Below, in pieces: positions 1 to 10,100 of a stretch of 64,000 bases of DNA; the first letter of the stretch is position 1, and each line of letters opens with the position of its first letter. A program made the translations under genes and the position numbers. Location of the stretch: positions 1,088,001-1,152,000 of the forward strand of contig OY762897.2 of assembly GCA_963666515.2 (NCBI GenBank). The letters are read 5' to 3'. Under the pieces are notes generated by a model. The model had not been told where the DNA came from and did no database searches. It worked only from the letters and a program-made list of their open reading frames with translations. The stretch comes from Candidatus Binatia bacterium (GTDB lineage: Bacteria; Desulfobacterota; Binatia; UBA9968; JAJDTQ01).

Positions 1-2456
1 GGGGCGAGCCCGTCCTGATCCTGCTGGACGAGTTGTCCGTCTATCTGCGCAAGGTGCGGCAGTTCGATGATGCCCACGACCAGTTGACGGCGTTTCTGAC
101 GTCCCTGTTCAAGGCCGTGGAGGGAGCGCCCAATGCCGCTCTCGTCTACACCCTCGCCATCGGCAAGGACGGCCGCGCCACCGACGCCTATACTGCGGAG
201 AACCAGTTCATTGCCGACCGCATGGCCGAGGCCGAGAGCGTCTCCGCGAGGAAGGCGACCCTGCTCAATCCCACCGAAGAAGACGAGACCGCACAGGTGC
301 TGCGCCGCCGCCTGTTCGAGGGCATCGACGATTCCCAGGCGGCATCGGTGGTGGCCGCCTACCGCGACCTCTGGGCCGCTGCCGGCGAAGCCCTGTCGGG
401 AGAGGCTGGCCGTCCCGAAACGACCGAGGCGTTTCTCGCCAGCTACCCCCTGCATCCTGAGGTGTTGGGCACCCTGACGGCCAAGACCGCAACCCTGGGA
501 AACTTCCAGCGCGTGCGCGGAATGCTGCGGCTCCTGGCCCGCACCATCGCCCATCTCTGGCAAGAACGGCCCGCGGACGCCACCGCGATCCATCTCCACC
601 ACATCGACCCGGGCTACGAGCCCATCCGGCAGGAGATCGTCACCCGTCTCGGCCAGACAGCCTACCTGCCGGCCATCGCCAATGACGTGGCCGGTACGGA
701 GAAGAACGCGCTTGCCGGAGAGATCGACGCCGAGCATCACCGCGGCCTGCCGCCTTACGCCACGTACGTCGCGCGCACGATCTTCATGCACAGCCTAGCC
801 TTCAACGACCCGCTGAAGGGCCTGTCTCCTCATCAACTGCGCTACTCGGTGCTGGCCCCGGCCACGGACATGAGCTTCATCGAGGAGGCGCGCCAGAAGT
901 TCGTCGCCGAGTCGGCCTATCTCGACGACCGGCCCGGCGCGCCCATGCGCTTTCTCGCCGAAGCCAACCTCAGCCAGATCATCCGCCGCGAGGAGCAGCA
1001 CGTCGATGCCGGCGAGACCCGCGCGCACCTGGACGACTGCATTCGCGGCATCTTCAGCGGCGGCGCGGGCGGGACCTTCGAGGCCATACCCTTTCCCGGC
1101 GGCCCCTTCGACGTGCCGGACGAGGTCGGCGACGGCCGCCCCAGGCTGATCGTGCTCGCCTACGACGGCGTCGCCATCGGCAGCGCCGTGGAGAGCGTTC
1201 CCGAGCTGATCGCCCGCATCCATTCCCGGAAGGGTTCGGAAGGCTCGGCCCTGCGGGCGCTGCGCAACAACCTGGTGTTCCTGGCCGCTGAGGATGCGCG
1301 CAAGGAGGAGATGCGGCGCAAGGCGCAGCGGCGGCTGGCGTTGCAGGACCTCAAGAAGCCCGAACGGCTGGTGGACCTGGCCGAGCACCAACAGGACAAG
1401 ATCCGCGAGCTCGAAGCCCGCTCCGAGCAGGAATTGGCGATAGCCGTCCAGCAGTGCTACCGCCACGTCTTCTACCCGTCGCGGAACCGCATCGGCGGGA
1501 GTGATGTCGATCTGGCCCACACGGCCATCGACGTCCAGTCGACGTCGGACCGGCCCGGCTCGGGGCAACGGCAGGTGGTGCGGGCGCTCCGCGACCTGTC
1601 GAAGCTCCGCCTGTCCGAGGACGAGCCCGACTCACCGGCCTACGTGCGCGACCGTACGCCGCTCCGCAAGGGCCAGATCACGACCCTCGCCTTGCGTGAG
1701 GAGTTCCGTCGCGACCCCGCGCTCCCCATGCTGTGCGGCGACGACATCTTCATCCGCGGCATCCTGCGGGGCATCGAGCGGGAGGAGTACGTCTACCAGC
1801 GCGGCGACCTGTTGTGCGGTCCGGGCGATCCATTGCCCACTATCGTCACCGACGAGCAGTCCGCGGTCTTCACCATGGCCTACGCCAGGAACAAGGGGCT
1901 CTGGCCGCGAAAGCCACCGGAGCCGCCCGGCGGAGGGACGAGCTACGTCGAGCCCATTGACGAGGGCGGAGGTCAGGTCATGGAGCGGCCGCCCGACGAG
2001 CCACCTCCACCCGGCGCGCTGTCGGCAGAAGGTCTGCTCACCGAAGCCCTGGCCAGACTCTGGGAACAGGCCCGCGACCGCAACATCGGGAAGATCGCCG
2101 TCCTCACCATCCGCCTGTTCGAGGCCGGCGACGCCTTCCGCCTGCTCGGAGCCGTGGGTTCGGTTCCCGGAGCCGACAAGCTCGTCACCCTGTCCGGCGG
2201 CTACGAGACCCGCGACCAAGGCTCGTTCGAGCTGGAGTTCCGGGGACCGGTGCCCGACGCCCAACCGGTTCGGGAGTTCCTGGAACCGCAGCTTCGCGAC
2301 GCCGTCTCACAGACGCTGGAGGTCGGCTTCACGCTGACCTTCACCGAAGGATTGCCCATGCAGGGCGACGCCGCGGAGAAGATGACCGAGCGGCTGTCGC
2401 GATTCGCCAGCGGCGCCGCGTTCGTCATGGCCACGGCCAGGGAGGCCGGAAGCTGA
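1..2456 (+). CDS. DUF499-family AAA+ ATPase (5'-truncated by window), core gene of restriction-like/BREX-related defence operon
   Basis: Frame is open from the window start (GEPVLILLDEL, Walker B). Contains LRRRLF, SYPLHP and FQRVRGMLRLLA motifs typical of DUF499. Same operon as DUF1156 and SNF2 genes. Confidence 0.85.
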   Translation, partial: GEPVLILLDELSVYLRKVRQFDDAHDQLTAFLTSLFKAVEGAPNAALVYTLAIGKDGRATDAYTAENQFIADRMAEAESVSARKATLLNPTEEDETAQVLRRRLFEGIDDSQAASVVAAYRDLWAAAGEALSGEAGRPETTEAFLASYPLHPEVLGTLTAKTATLGNFQRVRGMLRLLARTIAHLWQERPADATAIHLHHIDPGYEPIRQEIVTRLGQTAYLPAIANDVAGTEKNALAGEIDAEHHRGLPPYATYVARTIFMHSLAFNDPLKGLSPHQLRYSVLAPATDMSFIEEARQKFVAESAYLDDRPGAPMRFLAEANLSQIIRREEQHVDAGETRAHLDDCIRGIFSGGAGGTFEAIPFPGGPFDVPDEVGDGRPRLIVLAYDGVAIGSAVESVPELIARIHSRKGSEGSALRALRNNLVFLAAEDARKEEMRRKAQRRLALQDLKKPERLVDLAEHQQDKIRELEARSEQELAIAVQQCYRHVFYPSRNRIGGSDVDLAHTAIDVQSTSDRPGSGQRQVVRALRDLSKLRLSEDEPDSPAYVRDRTPLRKGQITTLALREEFRRDPALPMLCGDDIFIRGILRGIEREEYVYQRGDLLCGPGDPLPTIVTDEQSAVFTMAYARNKGLWPRKPPEPPGGGTSYVEPIDEGGGQVMERPPDEPPPPGALSAEGLLTEALARLWEQARDRNIGKIAVLTIRLFEAGDAFRLLGAVGSVPGADKLVTLSGGYETRDQGSFELEFRGPVPDAQPVREFLEPQLRDAVSQTLEVGFTLTFTEGLPMQGDAAEKMTERLSRFASGAAFVMATAREAGS

Positions 2457-2932
2457 TGGCGCGTCTCAAGCGGGTCGCCCAGATCGACACACCGGAGTCG
2501 GCGCCGCGTTACGAGCTTCGCATTGCGCGCCACGGTCCCGCCGACACGGAATACGAAATCTGGCAGATGCCGGGTCCGGCCACCCCGCATCTGAGCGCGG
2601 CGGCTCGGGTCGCGGGCCTGAAGGGCCGCAACCTGCAACTCGTGGAGCACCGGGTGCTGAAGCGGTTGTCACAGGCGGGCGTGAAGCCGATCCTCGGGGA
2701 CCAGCGGAAGCACGGCTATGCCGTCTCCGAAGATCTGGCGCTGACGCTCGGCCTTCTGTTCCGCACCCTCGCCCCCATGCGAAGCCGCGACAACATGCGC
2801 GCCGTTGCCGAAGGCATCGAGGCCATGGGACGCGAGGAAGCAGCCTACTGGCTCGGCATGGCCATGCACCGCAGACACCCGCGCCGGGTGCTGACGGCGC
2901 TTCGCTTCTTGCTGACGGAGCCGAAGCGGTGA
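2456..2932 (+). CDS. Small DUF3780-like protein of the DUF499/DUF1156 system
   Basis: 158 aa, TGATG-coupled to the DUF499 gene. C-terminal MGREEAAYWLGM...RRVLTALRFLL resembles the small subunit of these operons. Confidence 0.7.
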   Translation: MARLKRVAQIDTPESAPRYELRIARHGPADTEYEIWQMPGPATPHLSAAARVAGLKGRNLQLVEHRVLKRLSQAGVKPILGDQRKHGYAVSEDLALTLGLLFRTLAPMRSRDNMRAVAEGIEAMGREEAAYWLGMAMHRRHPRRVLTALRFLLTEPKR

Positions 2933-3017
2933 CTTCTATTGACAGTTGCCGGGTTTTTTCTAACAGTTGCTTTTGGCAACAGTACTGGCGTGGTCAAATG
3001 GGGAAGGAGGTCCAGGG

Positions 3018-3209
3018 GTGCAGACTGCAAAGGAGTCCGCTCGTCAGGCCATCGACCGGCTGTCGGATCAGGCGACCTGGGAAGACATCATGTACGAACT
3101 ATATGTGAAGCAGAAAGTCGACGCGGGAATTGAGGCGGTCGCAGAAGGTCGTACGATCCCTCACGAGGAAATGAAACGGCGGTTGCTCGCCAAGAAGCGC
3201 CACGTATGA
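3018..3209 (+). CDS. Putative antitoxin of RelE/ParE module
   Basis: GTG start after AGGAGG. 63 aa, with C-terminal GIEAVAEGRTIPHEEMKRRL typical of ParD/RelB-like partners. ATGA overlap with the toxin gene. Confidence 0.75.
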   Translation: MQTAKESARQAIDRLSDQATWEDIMYELYVKQKVDAGIEAVAEGRTIPHEEMKRRLLAKKRHV

Positions 3210-3517
3210 AGCTCTTTTGGTCGGATGTCGCCGAGGCCGATCTCGACAATATCTACGACCACATTGCCCGCGACGTGCCCTACTACGCCGAACTCTTCAT
3301 AGATAGACTCATTGAAGCCACAAACAAGCTCCAAGACCATCCAAGAATCGGACGGCAGGTGCCCGAAGCTGGTTATCGGGATGACATCCGGGAGATTATC
3401 CTGCAAGGGTACCGGATCATCTATCGGATCACCGCAGAAGGGATATACATCCTGACAGTCATCCACGGTAGCCAGGACTTGGCACGACGGTCGTCTGTTC
3501 CTTGGGAGGATAACTGA
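3206..3517 (+). CDS. RelE/ParE-family toxin
   Basis: 103 aa with WSDVAEADLDNIYDHI, HPRIGRQVPE, YRIIYRI and ILTVIHGSQD. Confidence 0.9.
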   Translation: MKLFWSDVAEADLDNIYDHIARDVPYYAELFIDRLIEATNKLQDHPRIGRQVPEAGYRDDIREIILQGYRIIYRITAEGIYILTVIHGSQDLARRSSVPWEDN

Positions 3518-3529
3518 TATGGCAGTGGA

Positions 3530-3600
3530 CCGTTGCCGAAGGCATCGAGGATCCCCGCCGAATGCTGACGGCGCTACGCTTCCCGTTCACTGAACCGAAG
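3530..3600 (+). repeat. Degenerate, internally deleted copy of the 3' end of the DUF3780-like gene
   Basis: 3530-3550 is identical to 2802-2822 (21 bp). 3553-3600 resembles 2878-2926. Translates VAEGIE-D-PRRMLTALRFPFTEPK versus VAEGIE...HPRRVLTALRFLLTEPK. Confidence 0.85.
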
Positions 3601-3660
3601 GCGCCGAGAACCCCTACGCTGCAATGATGGACTCTGCCCTTAGCTCGGAGGGATGGGATC

Positions 3661-4938
3661 ATGAAGCTGAAAGCCGTCGAGATCGAGAACTTCCGCGCCA
3701 TCGTGAAGCTCACCCTGCCGCTCGATCCTCAGCTAACGGTGCTGCATGGCACCAACGCCCACGGCAAGACTAGCGTGCTGAGCGCGATCGCGGTGGGGCT
3801 CGGCGCCATTCCTACTCGGCTACCCGGTGTTTCGGGCATCAGTTTCCGCAAAACCGATCTGCGTGAGGGTGCGCAATCGGCGCGGGTCACATTGACACCA
3901 GTCGGCGGACATCCCTGGAATCGGATTCGAACCAAGCAGGGTAGCGCACAGGGGGGAGCGAGCGGATTGAAGTGGTTGAGGGAACAGACTGGAAGGGTCG
4001 TCGACGCTGAGAGGGAAGGACCGCCGATCGATCTGCCTATCGTCGCCCTCTACGACACAGACCGAGTCGTGTTCGATTTGCCGCAGCGACGACGCGGGTT
4101 CAGTAAGGAGTTTCCCCGTTTTGCTGCGTTGGAGGGGGCACTTTCCGCCCGGACGAATTTTCGGACGCTCTTTCAGTGGTTCTATTTCAAGGAAAACGAA
4201 GAGTTGAGAGAACAAAAGAAGCAGCGCGACTTCGGGTATCGTCGGAGGGATCTGTCCGCTGTCCGCGATGCAATGTCGGCCATGCTTGACGACGTGTCTG
4301 ATCCTCATATCGAGGTGAATCCCCTTCGGTTCGTAGTGACTCTCGACACGGGACAGAATGGCGAGAAGCTGGCTCTCGACCAGTTGAGTGGCGGCTATCG
4401 CGCAGTGCTTGCTCTCGCGGCCGATTTGGCGTGGCGGATGGCCCAGGGAAACCCGCACCTTGACGACCCGCTCCGAGCCGAGGCGGTCGTCCTGATCGAC
4501 GAGATCGAGTTGCATCTCCATCCCTCGTGGCAGCAGCGGATACTGGACGACCTTACGCGGACGTTTCCGAACGCACAATTCATCGTTTCCACCCACAGTC
4601 CACAGGTGCTGACCACCGTGGAGCCGAAACACATTCTGGAACTCTCTCGGAAGGATGGGCGCATCGTTGCCGGATCTCCAGCGGGATGGACCTACGGGGC
4701 CGAAGCGGGTGATGTGCTGTCGGCGGTGATGGGCGTTAACGAGCGACCCGACAACCCCTTTACCGAGGCACTGGCCCGGTACGGCCATCTGGTAAGTGAG
4801 GGCCGGGGTGAATCCGAGGAAGCTCGGACCCTGCGGGAGACTCTCGATGATTTCTCTCCCGAGGACCCCGCCCTTGCCAGTGCCGACCTTGAAATCAGGC
4901 AACGCAAGTTGTTCAAGCGGATGGCGGAATCAAAATGA
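3661..4938 (+). CDS. ABC/SMC-type ATPase, Septu PtuA-like
   Basis: N-terminal IENFRAI, Walker A GTNAHGKTS, signature LSGGY, Walker B LIDEIELHLHP, H-loop STHSP. Followed by an HNH gene. Confidence 0.85.
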   Translation: MKLKAVEIENFRAIVKLTLPLDPQLTVLHGTNAHGKTSVLSAIAVGLGAIPTRLPGVSGISFRKTDLREGAQSARVTLTPVGGHPWNRIRTKQGSAQGGASGLKWLREQTGRVVDAEREGPPIDLPIVALYDTDRVVFDLPQRRRGFSKEFPRFAALEGALSARTNFRTLFQWFYFKENEELREQKKQRDFGYRRRDLSAVRDAMSAMLDDVSDPHIEVNPLRFVVTLDTGQNGEKLALDQLSGGYRAVLALAADLAWRMAQGNPHLDDPLRAEAVVLIDEIELHLHPSWQQRILDDLTRTFPNAQFIVSTHSPQVLTTVEPKHILELSRKDGRIVAGSPAGWTYGAEAGDVLSAVMGVNERPDNPFTEALARYGHLVSEGRGESEEARTLRETLDDFSPEDPALASADLEIRQRKLFKRMAESK

Positions 4939-5705
4939 AGCGCATCAGGGAATTGGAGGACGCCCCACTTGGCTTTGCCGAATTCCGCCATGCCGAGGGT
5001 GACAACGCGCCCTGGAGTAGATTTCGCTCTCGCAGATGGCGTGCTGAGGGCCGCGAACTCCAGGATGCTTTGGCGGGAAACCAACATGGACTTTGCGCCT
5101 ATTGCGAAATCGATATCTACGAACCGGGTCGGCCGAACAGATCGCGCCGTCAGATTGAGCATGTGATTCCGAGGAGTGCTGCCGACAGGGCACTCGACCC
5201 TACCAACATGGTTGCCTGTTGCATGGGCGGTACAGTGCGAGCCCTTGATGAGGAGGAAGATGGGGGCGAGGGCCATTTTCGGGAACCCATAGCGGACAAC
5301 ATGAGCTGTGGCCAAGCAAAGGGCGACCGGAACGATCCGGCTTTTGTGGACCCGCGGACACTACCAGATTTACCATCGCTCACGAGAGTGGGTGACGACG
5401 GATCGATTGAAACGGACGAGGGTGCGTGCCAGTCTGCCGGGTTTTCGCCTGAGGGGATGAACCGCACCCTCAAAATCCTTAACCTGAACGCCGAACGCCT
5501 CCGGTTGGCGAGGAGGAAATGGCGGAATGCCCTCGTCGAACAGTCGCGCGATATTGACGGTCCCGATCAGATGGATGTTTGGATACGGTCCGTCTTGACA
5601 CCGGACGCGGATGGCCGACTGCTTCGATTCTTCACCACGAGCCGGTGCTTCTTCTCTCCACTGAGTGAACGTATTCTCAAAGAGTACCCTCAGACGTGGA
5701 TCTGA
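4935..5705 (+). CDS. HNH endonuclease, Septu PtuB / retron-associated HNH-like
   Basis: CAYCE, IEHVIPRS, NMVACC, SCGQAKG, ILNLN motifs. ATGA overlap with the ATPase gene. Confidence 0.85.
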   Translation: MKRIRELEDAPLGFAEFRHAEGDNAPWSRFRSRRWRAEGRELQDALAGNQHGLCAYCEIDIYEPGRPNRSRRQIEHVIPRSAADRALDPTNMVACCMGGTVRALDEEEDGGEGHFREPIADNMSCGQAKGDRNDPAFVDPRTLPDLPSLTRVGDDGSIETDEGACQSAGFSPEGMNRTLKILNLNAERLRLARRKWRNALVEQSRDIDGPDQMDVWIRSVLTPDADGRLLRFFTTSRCFFSPLSERILKEYPQTWI

Positions 5706-5712
5706 CTACTGG

Positions 5713-5824
5713 ATTGGCAACCTTTCAGTCTGCAACAAATCTGCTGGCAATACCCCTTGACACCCATCTGATCTTCCACTAAATTTGCTGGCAGCAATTC
5801 TGTTGGCAATCGTCTTGTTGGAGA
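5713..5824 (+). promoter_or_regulatory. Sigma70-type promoter with repeated TG(C/T)TGGCA boxes
   Basis: TTGACA (5757-5762), 17 bp, TAAATT (5780-5785). Boxes at 5742, 5786, 5801 and 5817 (last degenerate). Palindrome TTGCTG-G-CAGCAA at 5785-5797. Confidence 0.65.
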
Positions 5825-5831
5825 TTGGATC

Positions 5832-7106
5832 ATGACCCTCAGGAAAGCCGGGTCCAATTGGGTCGAGGGGGATCGGTTCTTTGACCGGGACGCCGAGATT
5901 AGAACTCTCACGGAGCGGATCCGGGAGGGGACCCATACATTGCTGACCGCCCAGCGTCGAATGGGCAAGACGAGTCTGGTTCGGGAGACACTACGCCGCT
6001 TGGGTGAAGATGGTCGCTTCGAGACGATATTCGTCGATCTGGAGAGCGCTAGCACCCCGGCGGACGCCATCGCCGAGATCGTGCTCCAGTCGAGGTCAGC
6101 GCGGGGAATATGGCAGCGACTCAAATCCTGGTTCGCCAACATCCCCGATGCGGTTGGTGCTCGGCTCGATACCCTTGGCGTTCCCTTCTTGCGATTGAAG
6201 CTGAGAGGCGGGATCGATGCCGGAAACTGGCGACAAAAGGGTGATCAGGTCTTCGCGGCCTTGGCGGAAAACGATCGGCCGGTAGTACTCGCAATCGACG
6301 AGTTGCCGATTCTCGTCAATCGCCTGCTCAAGGGGGACGACGACCTCACCACACCGGAGCGAAGGCAGGAAGCTGAAATTTTCCTGAGCTGGCTTCGAAA
6401 GAACGGTCAAGAACATCAAGGACGGGTCTGTATGATCCTTTCCGGCAGCGTAGGTCTTGGCCCGATCCTGCGGCATGCAGGACTCAGTGCCCAAGCGAAC
6501 ATCTATTCCCCTTTCGATCTGAAACCCTGGAACGAGCAGACGGCCGTCGCCTGCCTTGGCGCGCTGGCGGAGACGTATGATCTGGACCTTTCCCTTGCCG
6601 TGCTGCGGGACATGTGCCGTCGGCTGCGGTGTCAGGTTCCCCATCACGTACAGCTATTCTTCGACAATCTTCACGAAGACCTGCGCCAACTCGGCCGGCG
6701 TGAAGCCTCACTGGAAGATGTGGATCGCGTGTACACCGGTGCGATGCTTGGCGCCGGGAGAGAGATGGTTCTGAAGCACTATGAGAGCCGACTGAAGATG
6801 GTGCTCGGGAAGGAAGGGTATGGGATCGCCATTGAGTTACTGACCGAGGCAGCGGTCAACTGCGGTCGGCTGCGCCATGATGCCATCGGCCGTTATCGAA
6901 GGTATTTCCTGGCCAAGATTTCGACGCCAAGTCAGGACGAAGCCGGCATCGTTCCGATAGAGGAAGTGCTCCATGTGCTCGAACACGACGGATATCTGGT
7001 GAGGCGTGGCGCCGACGGTTACCGATTCGTGTCGGGTCTCCTCGAGGACTGGTGGCGAGGGCGGCACGGCCAGTCCTTTGTCCCCATCGGCCAGCGTCGG
7101 GTTTGA
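5832..7106 (+). CDS. P-loop ATPase (STAND/archaeal-ATPase-like), function unknown
   Basis: FFDRDAE pre-motif, Walker A AQRRMGKTS, Walker B VLAIDELP. C-terminal wHTH-like LEHDGYLV...YRFVSGLLEDWW. Confidence 0.8.
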   Translation: MTLRKAGSNWVEGDRFFDRDAEIRTLTERIREGTHTLLTAQRRMGKTSLVRETLRRLGEDGRFETIFVDLESASTPADAIAEIVLQSRSARGIWQRLKSWFANIPDAVGARLDTLGVPFLRLKLRGGIDAGNWRQKGDQVFAALAENDRPVVLAIDELPILVNRLLKGDDDLTTPERRQEAEIFLSWLRKNGQEHQGRVCMILSGSVGLGPILRHAGLSAQANIYSPFDLKPWNEQTAVACLGALAETYDLDLSLAVLRDMCRRLRCQVPHHVQLFFDNLHEDLRQLGRREASLEDVDRVYTGAMLGAGREMVLKHYESRLKMVLGKEGYGIAIELLTEAAVNCGRLRHDAIGRYRRYFLAKISTPSQDEAGIVPIEEVLHVLEHDGYLVRRGADGYRFVSGLLEDWWRGRHGQSFVPIGQRRV

Positions 7107-7121
7107 ACGGGGACTGGAACG

Positions 7122-10100
7122 ATGGCCGTAACCGCAAGGAAATACAACCCGGGGTTCCTCACCGACGACGAGTTGGTGGCGTCGTTCTGCGTGCGGACGA
7201 GCGAGTTCGAGTCGATGGTCGAGATGCTGCGCGATTGCACCGGAAGCTCGAACCCGCATCAGATCGTGACCGGCCCCCGCGGCAGCGGAAAGACGAGCCT
7301 GCTCCTGCGCATTGCGGCCGAGGTGCGCAGGGATTCCGAGTTGTCGTCCCGCTTCTTCCCGATCGTTTTTGCAGAGGAGAGCTACGAGGTCGCCACCGCC
7401 GGGGAGTTCTGGCTCGAATGCCTGTCCCGCCTAGCGGCGCAGGCACCCAGCCGAGAGGGCGGCCCTGATCTGCAACGGACTGTCGAAGAGCTGCGAACCC
7501 ATCGTGACGACCGAACTCTAGCCGAGCGTTGTCTTGTCTCCCTGCTGGACTTCTCGGACAGGGAAGACAAGCGGCTGGTGCTGATGGTCGAGAACCTGAA
7601 CATGATGTTCCGAGACATGGCGGACGCGGACACGGGGTGGCGGTTGCGGCACACCCTCCAGAACGAGCCCCGGATACTCATGCTTGCCAGCGCCACCAGC
7701 CGTTTCGACGAGATCGACAACCCGGAGCATGCACTTTACGACCTCTTCAGGGTACACACCCTGCGCCCCCTCAACACGAAAGAGTGCGCTGTTCTTTGGG
7801 AAACCGTATCCGGTCGATGCCCCGCACCGAAGACGATCCGGTCGTTGGAGATTCTCACCGGCGGAAGCCCGCGACTGCTCACCATCGTCGCCCGCTTCGG
7901 CGCGGTCCGGTCCTTTCGTGAACTTATGGCCGATCTTCTCGACTTGGTCGACGACCATACGGAGTATTTCAAGAGCCATATCGAATCGCTTCCGCCGCAG
8001 GAACGTCGGGTCTACCTTGCACTTGCGGAACTATGGAAGCCAGCGACCACAAGGGAAGTCGCGGATCGATCCCGGCTGGAGACAAGCAAGTGCAGCGCCC
8101 AGCTCGCGCGCCTCATCGAACGGGGCGTCGTCCAGATAAAGGGCGGCACGGCTAGGCGCAAGCAGTACTACCTGACCGAGCGCCTGTACAACATCTATTA
8201 CCTGATGCGGCGCTCCCGCGGGGCTAGTGGCTTGGTGGAAGCGCTTATCCAGTTTATGGCGTCGTACTACTCACCTTCTGAGCTCAAGGATTTGAGTACT
8301 CGCGTTGCCCGTGATGCGCTGGTCTCTGACCCAGAGACACAGCCGTTACATCGGGCCGCTCTAGTGTCCTTGATGGCGTTGCCTGCATTGGCTGGATATC
8401 GCAGGGAGCTACTTGCCATGATTCCGTCGGACCTCGCCGAGGTCCTCGATTTGGCCCGTCTGGGTGCAGCGAAACCGGATCACTATCGAGACGATCAGTT
8501 TGACGAACAGCCGGAGGCGGCTTCAGCGAAGGCTCTCTTGGAGGAGGCGGTTGCACTTGATGCACAGAACCGGCCTGAGGAGGCCGTAGCAGCCTATGAT
8601 GCGGTCATACAGAGATGCGTAGGTAATGAGACTTCGACTATTCTCGAACTGGTAGCGGCGGCCCTGGTAAACAAAGGGGCCATGCTACTAATCAGGTTGA
8701 ATCGACCGGAGGCCGCATTGGCCGTCTTTGACGAGGTGACACGTCGATTCGCGAGTAGTGGGAATCCAAATCTCTGGAGATCGGTCGCGGTTTCGTTCCT
8801 CAACAAGAGCGCAGCCCTCAGCGTATTGAATCGCACCGAGGAAGCGTTGACAGCTTTTGACGAGGTAGTGCAACGGTTCGGAAGCAGCGAAACGACAATC
8901 CTCCTCGAACAAGTCGCAGTGGCCCTCGTGAACAAGGGAGCCATGCTTGGAGAGTTGGGCCGACCGGAGGAAGCCCTGACTGCCTGCGATGAAGTGGTGC
9001 GTCGATTTGGTAGGAATGGTGCGCCGGCGTTTTGCAGGCCGGTCGCGAAGGCTTTCGTCAACAAAGGTATGGCCCATAAAGTGTTGAATCGGATGGAAGA
9101 CGCACTGGCGGCCTTTGATGAGGTAGTGTGTCGGTTCGGTCACAGCGAGTCGTCAGCCTTCCTCGATGAATTTGCGACGGCTCTCGTCGAAAAAGGGATT
9201 GCACTAGGCAGACTGGATCGCCCCCTGGAGGCACTGGCGACCTTCGACACGGCAGTGCGTCGATTCAGAGATGGCAAGGACCCCAGCCTCCTTAGGCAAG
9301 TCGTAAAGGCCCTCGTCAATCAAGGCGTCGTACTTGCCGAGTTGAACCGTCCAGAGGATGCACTGGCCGCTCTCGACGAGGCGGTGAATCGATTTGGGTC
9401 TGACGACACACCGGCCTTTCGAGATCTAGTCGCAAAGGCATTCGTCAGCAAAGGGGCCGTACTAAGCCGGCTGAATCTGTGGGATGAAGCCGTGGTTGCT
9501 TATGACGAGGTAGTGCGCCGATTCGGAAGTAGCGGAGAGCCAGCCCTCCTTGAGTTGGTAGCGACCGCGCTTGTCAACAAAGGATTGACGCTCGGAATAC
9601 TCAACAGGCAAGAGGAGGCACTGGCCACTTTCGACGAGGTGACTCGCCGATTTGGGACCAGCAAGGAGCCTGCTCTTCTTAAGTTGATCGCGGCTGCGCT
9701 CGTGGCTCGGGGGGTGGCACTGGACGCGTCAAATAGATCAGACCAAGCGCTAACTGGTTGGGATGAAGTGGTGCATCAATTTGCCGCGAGTGACGTACCC
9801 GCGGTTCTTGAGCAAGCCGCAATAGCGCTCGTCAACAAAGCGTCCGTGCTCCTCAGGTTGAACCGGCCGGAGGAAGCACTGATCGTCTGTGACGAGTTGG
9901 TGAATCGATTCGAGGCAAGTGAGACGCCAGACATGTCCGAACAAGTTGCCAGCGCATTCCTTGACAAGGGGGCTGCACTCGACACTCTGGATCGGCCAGA
10001 GGACGCACTGGCCGCCTATGACGAGGTAGTGCGTCGCTTCGGAGCCAGTGAGACGCTTGGCCTCCTTGAATCAGTCGCTAAGGCACTCGTCAACAGCGGG

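Noticed and set aside
3518-3660. Retron msr-msd ncRNA upstream of the PtuAB-like genes
   Set aside because: The gap is largely explained by the DUF3780 remnant and no RT gene is present.
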